64,000 nucleotides of DNA, from contig NC_043001.1 in the NCBI RefSeq assembly GCF_006345805.1, positions 118,606,001-118,670,000 on the forward strand, given 5' to 3'. The stretch is from Octopus sinensis. Lineage: Eukaryota. Of this stretch, positions 11,801-23,368 are shown one piece after another. The translations under genes and the position numbers were made by a program. The notes below the pieces were generated by a model. That model saw nothing but the letters and a program-made list of their open reading frames with translations. It ran no database searches and was not told where the DNA came from. Position 1 is the stretch's first letter, and each line of letters begins with the position of its first letter.

Positions 11801-13930
11801 ATCTGCCAGATGAAATCTACTGAGCTGATTATTAAAGCACGGGTTTCCTCTTCTATCAGCAGACGAGCCAACGCAATCTGCGCGTGCACCGCATAGTACG
11901 TTAAATTCACCTAATATTACTATGGTGTGAGATGTACCTAGATACTTCTCCAGGCCGCGAAAAAAGTCAGACTGTCTAACTTCCGAGGGAGCGTAGACAG
12001 CTACCAGCCTGAAGACCTTGCTGCTGCTTAGTGTCATTTCGAGGACGACCAACCTACCTTTCGGGTCGATGAAGATAGTTCTTGTCTCTAAATCCAGATT
12101 TTTTCTGAGCAGCACAGCGACACTTCTCCCTCCTCCAGGTAGGCGTGGAGAAATAAATTTCTCGTAGCCATTTAAGAGGGGAAAAAACACCGTCGACTAC
12201 TCAGTCTGTACTCTGTGGCCACCACTACATCCATCCTATGCGACCTGAGATCATTCAGGAAACGACCTTGTTTCCATTCTGCCCCCAAACCACGTACATT
12301 TAAACAGCCAACATAAAGTTGTACTTGCCGGTTAGAGATGGGTTGCACTACTTTCACATTATTCTATCTTTTCGTCCGATGCTTACGAGGTGTCGTTGAC
12401 CTCGCCCTCAAACATTATTGGGGAACAGTTTTTCTTCAGAGGGCCTATGTCATTTTTAAAATGGTTTGCTAACATATTATAGTTAGCCTTGTCTATTTTA
12501 AGTATTGCTCTATTTTGGGTGATTTTTTCCCCTCAAAGTTTTTTATAATGTTGTCTGCATTGGGAACGTTTTTTAATTGTTGCAGTAGAGATTGTTCGTC
12601 GTCACTACTGCAGTGTAATCCATGTCAAGATGAGAGAGGAACATTTTGGTCTGGAGTTTTTGGTGACTGTGTCCTGTTGGTGGCTGTTTTTCGTTTTTTG
12701 TTTTGTTGTAGAGATTGGGTGGGGAAAGTAGTTTCCTTTTTTTTCTGGAAAATATTTCCCACTCTTCTTTGGCTCCTTCCATTTCCACTTGTTTCATTTT
12801 CAGGTGTTTCTTCACTTGTTCTTCTGTTTTCTTTTGTTTTTCCTTTTGTTTTTCGACAGCTGGGGGTAAATGCTGCTTTTTCGGGGACGGGGGTTGCACT
12901 CGGCCCTAACGTGGCCTTTTTGATAACAGTTGTAGCAACGAGGCTTCCTCTTCTCTACCATGACTCGCAGTTTAGTCTCCCCTACCAGTATAATGTTCTA
13001 TAATGTTTTCTAAATCGGCGGGGGCCGCCTGTATGATCATCTCTAGTCCTTGCCCCTGCCAATTTTGCAATTCCAGTGCTGAGGCTTGGAGGATAGTAAT
13101 TTTATCTTCCAAGCCGTTTATGGCTGCCACCAGCGAAGCGGAGTCTACTTCGGGTGGGATGTCTCCTACCTTAATCTTGGAAGTCCGCCTTCGAAGATAA
13201 GTAGGTAGGAGAACCACATCCGCAGTTTTAACGTCTCCGTCGATCTTTGTTTCGCCTTTCCCTCCGAATTAAACAGGACTTCTACTGTGACATACTTCAC
13301 ACCTCTTGTGATATATGCCACATTATTCTAAACTGGACAGAGACACCGCCACACCGCCTCCTTACTCGCGTTGTCTAGTTTTTTTAGCTTTTACAACGAA
13401 CGACTTGTAGATAACTGTACACCTTAGTGCATTATGAATAGTTTCACTGGGAGGGGTGATCACAGTTTCGCTTCCCTCCCTTTTCAACATTCCTTTATAT
13501 TTTCCTAATTCGTCTCTTCCACTGTTTATTGGCCTTTTTGAAACAGTGACTGCTTCTGCAAAATTGCTTCCTTATTTTCCTTGCATGGAATCCTCTGCGG
13601 TTGGCATGTTTCTTAATCCTGTGCTATTTTCTGTGTTTTTGGTATTCTTCCATGGACTTGAACTTGTACCAGGTTCATTCCCAGTTTTCGATTTGATTGG
13701 AGGTTTATCCATGTTTGTGTATATTTTTCACAAAATATAACAATATTTTCCCCCTTCACACAAGGAGGAAAACGTTAACAAAAAACTGCCCCAAGCAGAA
13801 AAGTAAGGTATTTTATAAAAAAAAAAAAACACTAAACAAAAGTTCAATAACGTAATAATCCAACAATGTAAATTCAACAAAATATCCACAAATATTGCAA
13901 ACTTACGCCAAACCTTTCGAACAACGTTTG
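8881..13930 (-). mobile_element. Near-full-length but inactivated Tx1/L1-clade non-LTR retrotransposon (ORF1 CCHC, ORF2 APE-RT-ZnF)
   Basis: ORF1 fragments include YITRGVKYVTVEV...LLPTYL...IKVGDIPPE and the zinc knuckle CYNCYQKGHVRAEC (about 12895-12935). ORF2 APE: CLNVRG, YAPS, GEFN, WTW, YIDH (11627-12357). RT: FRPITLLN...KILAK, LDQSKAFDRV, QGSPL (10350-10940). C-terminal CPRC...ETVLH. 3' UTR ends in aataaataaa at about 8881-8890. Frameshifts and stops throughout; the YADD segment appears deleted near 10320. Confidence 0.9.
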
Positions 13931-14785
13931 TGTTACTGTCTGTGTCAGGAGGGGCAGGGAGAGGGTTGGTGACTGCAGGGGGGAAGGGTGTGACAGCATG
14001 GGATCAGGTGGGAATTCATATCTTTTCCTCGGACCTTTTTTTGTTTTCCTCCTTCTTTTAGCTTGTGCCCATTCCTGCTCTTCTTCCTTCTCAGGTTCCT
14101 CCGATTGTAGACGACTTCGCCAGAGGTGGAGGTGCGACTTTTTCTTTTGGTTCCTTTGCACTGGGCGGAGGGAATTCTGCCTTGATGTGGCCTTTTCTCC
14201 TACATTTAAAATACCTGGGCGTCCTGCCCTCCACCATGACTCTCAACTTGATGTCTCCGTCGACCATGATGGTCTCCACCATCTTTTCTAGATATTCTGA
14301 GGCGGTCTGGATCAACACTTCCAGGCCCCACCCATGCCAATTTCTTGTCGGCACTCTTTGCTTTGAGGACCACAATCTGGTCCTCCATACCATGTAGGAT
14401 GGTGGCTACCAGCCAGGCAACATCCACCTCAGAAGGGATTTCATCTACCCTTACCTGAGAAGTACATCTTCCCAGGTAAATAGGTAGAAGGACCACCTCT
14501 TCCGTCTTAAGGTGAGTAACGGCATGCTGCCTCTGCGAAACTCCTTTCCATCTCTCTATCTATTTCGTCCAGACTTCTCACCAGCTCCTCTTCAGATGAC
14601 GACAGGAAAGAGTAGCTAATTCTCTCCATTTTAACAGCGCTTCCCCCTTCAAACAATGGGGACAGCATTAACAAAACTGCAGTAAGACAGAAAAAACAAG
14701 TGTCTTGAGACACAACAATTAATAACAAATATAACTTTAACTAACCTTTCGCACAAACAGAATTCACGATCAACTCGGTCACATT
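13931..14785 (-). mobile_element. 5' remnant (5' UTR plus partial ORF1) of a second, related Tx1/L1-type element
   Basis: VVLLPIYLGRCTSQVRVDEIPSEVDVAWLVA...GWGLEVLIQ...KLRVMVEGRTPRYFKCRRKGHIKAEF is homologous to ORF1 of the adjacent element, with a degenerate CCHC. It shares a 5' UTR motif with that element. Confidence 0.75.
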
Positions 14786-14789
14786 ATTC

Positions 14790-15710
14790 TTTATTTTGGC
14801 ACTACGGCCATAACACACAGGTGACAGCACAGGACACTACTGTGGGGACATAAAACATAGAACGAACGAATGAAAGATGAATTATAAAATGGAGATGAAA
14901 TGGCTGCATGCTCCCCATTTGCAAGCAGTATCATTCGCTTTTTGTATTAGCGTTATAGTCATTAAATTCTCAACATTTACTTACTTTTTTCACCATGTTA
15001 TGTACGGTGTTAGGTCCTCATAATCTATCACTGGCGGCAAGTCATCGAACTCCACGCGTACTCCCGCTGGGTCTATCTTGTCTCCAAATAATTCTCTCAA
15101 TCCTGCACATCTCTCTTGGTCAATCACAATTGTCTTGGTGATCTCTGGATAATATTCCGTTGTTAACTTCACTCTTACTACCGACTTCATTTTGGTTATT
15201 TTCTCGTCAATTTCCACGTTTTTCGAATATGTCACCATACGCCATTTCTTTTTTGGTTCTTTTTTTTTTTGTTACTTGTTCCTGTATTTCCACTTGACTT
15301 TCTATGTTGATTTCCCTTGTTGCTATTGTTGGAATTTCCTTCTGTGTCTCTTCCTGTTTATTTTCCTTCCTTTTCTTTAGTGGACTCTTTGGCGGTGAGT
15401 CCGCGTTTTCCTTCCTTTTCTTTTTCCTATTTATCACCTTATATTCCTCCCCCACCTTCTCTGGACTTTGCTCATTCACTGGAGTCGCCACTTCGGCATT
15501 TTGCTCCTGCTCGTCACTCTGTTGCTGCTGTTCCTGTTCCCTTTTCTCGTCGTTCTGGGGACACCCTGCTCTCATGTGTCCTCTTACTCCACATTGGTAA
15601 CAGGTTGGAGGTCTTCCCACCACTACTACTCTTAATTTTACTTCCTCCGGCAGTATCACCTCCTCCGTTATTTTGTGCAAGACGATGGTCTAGAAACAGC
15701 GCCTTTTAGC
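14790..15710 (-). mobile_element. Third Tx1/L1-type ORF1 (5'-truncated, intact CCHC knuckle) with no ORF2 following
   Basis: KITEEVILPEEVKLRVVVVGRPPTCYQCGVRGHMRAGCP..., then a frameshift at an A-run (about 15250-15270) into WRMVTYSKNVE...IDQERCAGLRELFGDKIDPAG...PYITW* (stop at 14990). AATAAA lies about 190 nt downstream. Confidence 0.75.
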
Positions 15711-15743
15711 TCATGTTGTTGCTGTCCTTGCTTTTAATCGCTT

Positions 15744-15911
15744 GTAGTGGACCTTACATGCATGAAGTGGATTCGATCCATCATAGCCAAATTTAAATTA
15801 AGATTGCAACAGAACTTTTCTCACGGTGGAACAATGGTTTTTCTCTGACAGCAGTTTTACATTTTCCAGATGCCTTTAGTTAGGCCGAAATAATGTCTTC
15901 ACCACTCGACC
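15744..15911 (+). repeat. About 165-bp direct repeat, copy 1 (copy 2 at 18041-18208)
   Basis: gtagtggaccttacatgcatgaagtggattcgatccatcatagccaaatttaaattaag...gccgaaataatgtcttcaccactcgac versus gtagtggatcttgcatgcatgaagtcgattcgatccaccatagccaaatttaaattaac...gccgaaataatatcttcaccacttgac. Confidence 0.85.
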
Positions 15912-17005
15912 TACAGTGACAACGAAGTCTGGCTGACCAGTTAGAACCTTGGTCAGAGTGAGAAATGAAGTTTAGTGTCAGCAACTGTGAGACAACGTCC
16001 CACACCCTGCAATTCTCACTAGCTTTAATTATGTTCTCTTACAACATCATTCTATCTCTCTCTGCAATTACAACTAAACAATGAAGAGGGCACAAACACA
16101 AACTTTACTTCGGATGCTTTTGGATGTATCATTAACCTGCCCATCGAGGCAAGGTATTGTAACGTAACGGTAAATAAATATTTCCTTAAAACTTCATGCA
16201 TTGTTCATCTTTCACTTCCTACAATATGCAATTATAATAACAAATTTTTATCGTTGCAACTGTTGACTCCAACATTTCATAATATTGTTTACAAATTAAT
16301 TTCTCCCGTCACAAGTGGTGACCCTGAACAAGAGAATTGCAGCATTCCCAAGAATCAACCGTTACAAACTGGCGACTCCAACGTTGCCCCATAACAGGCA
16401 TCGCTACAAAAATAAAACTTCATCGCTTACAACTTGGCGAACCCGTGTAAAGAGAGTTACTACCTTCTGATGCTAGATGCCGCTGCATTTTGCTGATTCG
16501 AACTGAAGAACTAGAATATCTACAGTCGCAAAAACAAAAAGAAAATGATGACAACCTTCGTCACCATCAAGATGCACCCTCCATCGACCTGCTACAGAAA
16601 GCACTATACTGCTATGCAATCTACGATGCACTTCACAACAATGCAACACTGCCGATGCACAAGGAATTCGCCGACCATGAGAGCCTATAAGCGCAACATT
16701 TTGACAACTCCGTGCCCAGACACTAACTGGAAGAAAATACGGAAGCCCGCACATGCAACCTTTTCGGCACACACACGCTTTTCGTCTCGTCCCGACGTAC
16801 AAACCCTGCATTGTCTATGAACTTTGCACGTACATGAGACTCACACATAGACTTTCAACAACTCTTTTTCTTTGCATGCATATCTTCTTTTCACTATCAG
16901 CAGGAGACTTTTAACAAAGGACGCTATTTTCAACTAAGTTGTCATTTTCGCTTATTCTATTGTCCTGTTTGCACTGCACACTTTCATTTGTTTACGAGTT
17001 ACACA

Positions 17006-17181
17006 TATTCCACGATGCCCACATTCCGCGATGCACATATACCGCGATGCACACATTCCGCGATGCACATATACCGCGATGCACACATTCCGCGATGCAC
17101 ACATTCCGCGATGCACACATTCCGCGATGCACACATTCCGCGATGCACACATTCCGCGATGCACAAATTCTGCGACGACTC
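17006..17181 (+). repeat. 16-bp minisatellite, 11 units, consensus CATTCCGCGATGCACA
   Basis: Direct reading; the first and last units are degenerate and two units carry TATA for CATT. Confidence 0.95.
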
Positions 17182-18407
17182 GTTTCACTAAAACAGTTAA
17201 ATTCACGTGCATATCTTTTTGAATGTTCTTTATTATTATTCATATTTTGCATGTACATTTTTTTCGTCCACTCTGAAAATGTTTGTATTGTTTACATACA
17301 CGCATACACCTTTCCTTACAGCCTGGCCTTGCGCACGCATCTGCACACATTGTTACACACACATACGCTAACTCTGTCACATTCATGCATAACACATGCC
17401 TTTCTCGCTTGTTTTCCATGTTCAATGCGCCCTTGTAGACACAACTCATATCTGTAAGACCCTAGGTCGGTCACGCAAACATAGAGAAAGTTGTTTATCT
17501 CTTACAATGTGCCAGCATGCCACACTTCCGCTCCTGAACGATCGAGGCATATAATACCTCATGCACCGGCTGGCAGCCTCAGCCTTACTGCATTAATCTC
17601 TAGCATATTCAATACTGTACACTGTATTTGTAATCAATGCACTAGCATTAGCCTCAGCCTAGCAAGCTCTATTGCACACATGCACATGCATCTCTATTAT
17701 GCATCTACTACCTTGTTTTGCAACACGTCTGTGTCAGCTCAATTCTTCTCCCGACTCGAACAATGTCGTATGATCACATGCTCTGCGCTCATGTTTAGAC
17801 ATAATTTCCCCCTGTTAGAACCCTGTTTGGTCACGTAATTAACAGAGAAAATTATATGTCTCACGCATCATTTCAGCATGCAAACACTGTCGTCCTTGCT
17901 AATTCAGTAATTACCCACGACAACAGCACCAGATGCATTTCACTGCTGAAAAACATTTCAAGGCATTTACCATGCATCTTTTTTTGTCTCCGTCGATCGT
18001 TCGTTTCCTTTCCTGGAACCTCACTGGCGAGGGGAGTGATGTAGTGGATCTTGCATGCATGAAGTCGATTCGATCCACCATAGCCAAATTTAAATTAACA
18101 CTGCAACAGAACTTTTCCCATGGTAGAACAATGGTTATTCTCTGACAGCAGTTTTACTTTTTCTAGATGCCTTTAGCTAGGCCGAAATAATATCTTCACC
18201 ACTTGACCCTTTCTAACCTCTTCTACTTCACCAAAAGCTAGAATAGAGATAACAAGACCACCAACTAAATCTATTGTTCTCAATGATATATCTATCATTC
18301 TGGATAGTTACAAAAGCAAGAACACCCCAAGCAAAACTCAGTCGGTGACGACTCAACGAGTTCAGTCACATGGTAACGACTTAACCAGTTTGTCGTGTAC
18401 ACACACA

Positions 18408-18445
<38 letters not shown>

Positions 18446-19714
18446 CAGATCATCCCATAAATAATGCGGTTTTTATGTTTCTTTTATTTTTCAAAATAAA
18501 AATAAAGTTCTCTTTAAATCTAAAATATACTCTCCTTCATTTTGTACAATGCTCTTCCATCTATCTAGTAGACTTGCAAGGCCCCTCTTCCAAATTTCCC
18601 TTCTCCGTGATTCAAGAACAATATCAAAAGGGTCAATAACAGTAGCGGCAGCAACAGAAGAGAAAATGTAGGTGAGGGGAGGGTCATAGTACTAAGAACA
18701 ACGACAATAACGATGACAAAAACATAAAGGGTATAAGACCATATATACACACATAAACACTCATGCAAAACACATAGACACGCGTACGCATACGCACGCA
18801 CACACACAAACGCATGTACACACACATACGTACAGACGCAAACGCATAGAAGGATACACACCATAGAAGAATAGAATTGACTAAGTAGAACAGGAGCACA
18901 CACGAGGTCGGAAATTGTAGCTGAAGAGGTCACAGATGTGTGACGAAAGATTTCTGGATAATGGACATGAATTAAAATAAGAACAGTAATAAACGAGTGA
19001 AGAACGAATATACAGTGCGTGTAACTTCGAATATTATTTTAGTAAATTTAAAGTGATTTCTTTCGTGCTGTAAACTATTTATTATTTCTGTGGTACCCCA
19101 CTTTCCTTGATGCCCTAAGCACATGCTTATTTTGCCTACCAGTTAATCCAGCGTTGCCTATCGTCATTTTCAATCGAGCATCTGTGGCGAAACAGAGAGG
19201 TCGTAAAAGACTATTTACGAATCTCATTTCGTGTATCAATGTCATGCTTTTTCCGAAAAAAGTTATTTGTTTCATCTAGAATAAGATCTATGTACGGTTT
19301 TCATGTTATATTAAATCTATGTACGTTCCATGCATTGGTTGTCACGTGTGAAACTATGGGATGTCGCTGTCGTCATTTCCTGTTCCTTTTGCTAATTACT
19401 TTCATTTTTTAGATTAGTTTACTTTAATTTTGTTTGTTTGTTTACCGCTGTAAACTGCTTATTTACCCAAAGTTTGACACGTTGGTTAAGGTAGTGCGAC
19501 AAATTCTGAAAAATGGTCACAACCATCGCCGACACCGTCACCGCTACCACCACCGCCACCGTAACTGCTACCTACACCGCCACCACCACCTTGACCATCG
19601 TCGACACCGCCACCACCTTTTCGTTCTGAGTTCTAATACTACAGAAGTCAACTTTGTCTCTCATCCTTTAGGGGTCGATAAAATAAGTACTACTTGAGCA
19701 ATGGGACCGATCTC

Positions 19715-20129
19715 GGATCTTTTCGGCTTGAACGGCAGATTTTTAAAATAATTTCTAGGTAACTAAAAAATTTTAAACTTCGTATACTGGTAGAATGTGT
19801 TTATAAAACATCTATTTCTCTTGGCTTAATTGAGAAGATTCTATAGTTTGTAAGATATTTGTTTTTTTTTTCAATTTCTGCAATTTCAACCAATCAGTGA
19901 CGTCTATTGAGGTAAAAAACATTCGGTGCCGTATGAAAATGTCCCTCGTTTAAGAAACAGATTGGGTTTATTTACTTTTGTGAAAAAAAAAAAGATACCC
20001 TTCCCCCCACCCCTAATCTTAACCCTAAAACAGATTGAAATGCAATAGATCGATACTAGGGTCATAATTATGGGTGACAATTTCATATGACACCGCTAGA
20101 AAAAAATGCCGTTCAAACCGAAAAAATCC
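19715..20129. mobile_element. MITE (415 bp) with GG...CC termini and 8-bp TSD, inserted in a SINE
   Basis: TIR ggatcttttcggcttgaacggcagattttt versus rc ggattttttcggtttgaacggcatttttt. ccgatctc is duplicated at 19707-19714 and 20130-20137. SINE sequence continues on both sides. Confidence 0.85.
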
Positions 20130-20645
20130 CCGATCTCTTCAAAATTGCTGGCCTTGTGCCAAAATTAGAAAAAAAATTATTAATGAGCACGGTGGATAAC
20201 AGAATCAGTAGAACGCCTAACAAAATGTCTTGTAAGTTTAGTTATCAATCTTCGTATTATATTGAGGTCGACTTTACATTTCATCATTCCAGAGTTCATA
20301 GCATAGAGAGTCTCAGTCAAGTAATGAGAAGGCCATCTCGAGTCATTGGCATTACTCACTAACAGATATGTTCCAGCCTCTGGCCCACAAGCCTGTTCCT
20401 TTCTCTTTTTCGCTCCTATAATGGCCTCTGTTTCTTTCAGTTGGCTGGGCTCCTGCTGCCTCTACCCGGCACCCTGACCCACTCATCACAGTCTCTCGTC
20501 ACTCTTGTTGCATTCAAACGGACCTCCTCCCACTTCAAATCATTATGTTCACTCCGCCCTATACTGAACATTGTCCTCTGAAATCTCTGCTCATGGCTTA
20601 CCTGCAGTTGCTAGCCAAATAGATTGTCTCAACAGAATATTAACA

Positions 20646-20878
20646 GGATCTTTTCGGTTTGAACGGCAGTTTTTAACATAATTTCTAGGTAACTAAAAAA
20701 TTTTAAACTTCGTATACTGGTAGAATGTTTATAAAACATCTTTTTCTCTTGGCTTTATTGAGAAAATTCTAGTTTGTAAGATATTTGTTGTTGTTTTTTC
20801 TTCAATTTCTGCAATTTCAACCAATCAATGACGTCTGTTGAGGTGAAAACATTCTGTGTCGTATGAATATGTCCCTCA
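20646..20878 (+). mobile_element. Truncated second copy (left half) of the 19715-20129 MITE family
   Basis: High identity by eye to 19715-19947, starting at the same GGATCTTTTCGG terminus. A more diverged reverse-strand relative lies at about 42975-43268. Confidence 0.8.
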
Positions 20879-22048
20879 CCAGTCCCGGAAAGCCTGCAAA
20901 GATGTCATAGCACTACCCATTCCTAAGCAAATAGTTAAAAAAAAAAGTCCGTAATAGTGACTGTACCCTTTCTTATTGTATTATTACAAATGCATTGTTA
21001 CAAATAACAGAGCACCACCGCACTACAGAAATGCCTCGTAAAAAAGTATTTGAAAAACTCTATCTTTCACGGTTGCAAATAAATATCGCAAAGGGGATCG
21101 GTTTTGTCTATCCTCTGTGTTAACAGTATAAGTTCTAGTAGTATCGTCATCATTATAACTTCATGTGTCATACGCTACCCAAGCCTCTGCGTCCACTTTA
21201 TTCCATCGTGATAGAGATGGGTTATTTAGGAGTGGTCTCCACAGTGCATTACGAGAGAGAGAGAGAGAGAGAGTGAGAGAGGGGAGGAGGAGGAGAGAGA
21301 GAGAGAGAGATGGAGGCGATTTTAAGACTTGTACTTCAGTTTATAGACTCTGTAAAGATGAAAGGTAAAAATTGACCACAAAAGGAGTTGACCGCAGAAC
21401 GCAAAGAGCCGGAACAATTCCATTCGGTATTTGTTTAACGCTCTAACGATACTGCCAAACAATCTCTATAGTTTGCACGCTGAAGTTACATAACCTGTTC
21501 TACTCTCTTCGACAAACGTAGCTTTGTTTCTTCTGAAAAGACCAATATTCTTGATAGGAACCGAAAGCCCCTCAGCACCAATTAAGACCCATGAAACAAC
21601 TACCTGTCTCGACAGAGCCTCGTTTAGCTCGTTTAGTACAGTTTGGATTATCTCCCTTTCGGCAACTTCACTTTTGCGATTCGGTCAATGTTTTCGGTCA
21701 GAAGAAATCATGACGAGTTCCACGTTCCAACACGGATCCACGATTCATTCCACAAGTCGGCAGCTCAAGGATATGTTTCCTTCTTTATTTTCGCTCTTAT
21801 TGAGAATATGACCGTAAGTGTTGTTGGATATATTTCGATACTTCTTTGGTAAAACCTTTCTTTATGTCTTGGGCCGTTATTTCGTGGCAGAGAATATCTT
21901 TCTTTAGAATCTATTTCTCTTGTTTTGTGTCAGATTCCTTCGCTTTTTATTAAATTGTAGAGGAATATTGAGTTGAGCTCAAGAATATTTTATATCAGGA
22001 AGAATTCTCAACATTGTCTATAAGAAGAAATAAAACATGTGTGTGTGT

Positions 22049-22049
22049 C

Positions 22050-22081
<32 letters not shown>

Positions 22082-22315
22082 GTATATATATATGTATATA
22101 TATATATGTATATATATATGTATATATATATATGTGTATATATATGTATATATATATATGTGTATATATATGTATATATATATGTGTATATATATGTGTA
22201 TATATGTATATATATATATGTGTATATATATATGTATATATATATATGTGTATATATATATGTATATGTTATATATATGTATATGTATATATATATGTAT
22301 ATATATATGTATATA

Positions 22316-22363
<48 letters not shown>

Positions 22364-22367
22364 ATAT
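22049..22367 (+). repeat. Interrupted (TA)n/(TG) microsatellite, about 320 bp
   Basis: Direct reading; source of the IY-repeat pseudo-ORFs. Confidence 0.95.
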
Positions 22368-23325
22368 AGTTTCTCTGTTTTCTTGATTACGTTGACAATT
22401 AGTTTCATTAGCGTCGAGTTCAGTATTGCCACAATATCTACACAGTAAACTATCCCCCGTTTCTGTAGAGAGGTTCGGTGAACTCGGCCAACTTTACCAA
22501 AATCTGGCCGTAAAGAAACTTGTTTTAACCTGCCAGACACAATTGATACAATTTAGGCGGACAGTAATAGGGTGTTGATAAAGTTTATTTAGCAGGATTT
22601 TGGCACAAGATCCAGTCTTCGACATTGCTCACACGCACACACACACACACATATATATACATATATTCCATATACAAGTACTAAGTAAAGATCTGTCCAC
22701 CTTCCTCTCACCCTCTCACACACATATATACATACATATGGACTATGAATAAAGGCTACATAGACATTAAGCTTCCTCTTTCTCATATATATATATGTAT
22801 ATACATATATATATACATATATATATATACATACACACAATTATATTGCAATAGTATTTAGTTTGAAGGCAACCGACTTGGCCTTTCATTTCTTAAGGAT
22901 CGATGATATAAGTATCTGGCATTTATTCTGGTCAATTTAATCGGATTTATTCCTTTCCCTCATCTTGCAAATTTTCTTTCTTTCTGTCAGTATTAGAAAG
23001 TTCACTATTCCAATTTCGCCCAAGTCGACTTTAGTTTTTCATTCACCCAGGATCGATTTAATAAAGTACCTTTACCAGTAAAGTACTGGTTACCAAGGAA
23101 TCGATTGCAATCACCACCTTTCAAATATATAAATATATGACCATATATTTTTATTATTTCAACAATTATATGTCACAGTAAATACACTGCAAGGAAAAAA
23201 AATATGTTAGCACAATGTTATAGTTTCTATTTTGTTTATTCTTAAATATAAATACACATGATAATATGTGTATGTTCGAATTTTTACTATCGATTTTCAA
23301 TGCTAACATGGGTTAGACGAGTGTG

Positions 23326-23368
<43 letters not shown>

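Noticed and set aside
17006-17181. CRISPR-like array (also considered for 30370-30630 and 39432-39578)
   Set aside because: Units are contiguous tandem repeats without unique spacers, the context is eukaryotic, and there are no cas genes.
18423-18560. Possible Tc1/mariner terminal fragment that might be the missing 5' end of the 7.7-8.9-kb mariner
   Set aside because: Its terminal sequence does not match the reverse complement of the 7741 end; at most an unrelated solo end.
19140-19275. Possible minus-strand exon (ctag|ATGAAACAA...ACTG|gtaggc) encoding MKQITFFGKS...
   Set aside because: No recognisable homology and no partner exons found; splice-like signals of this quality occur by chance in AT-rich DNA.
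21690-21760. Minus-strand IRVGTWNSS resembling the start of an RTE/APE endonuclease
   Set aside because: Immediately followed by a stop, and no other APE motif was found in any frame.
22014-22448. Ile/Tyr-rich ORFs
   Set aside because: (TA)n microsatellite translations.
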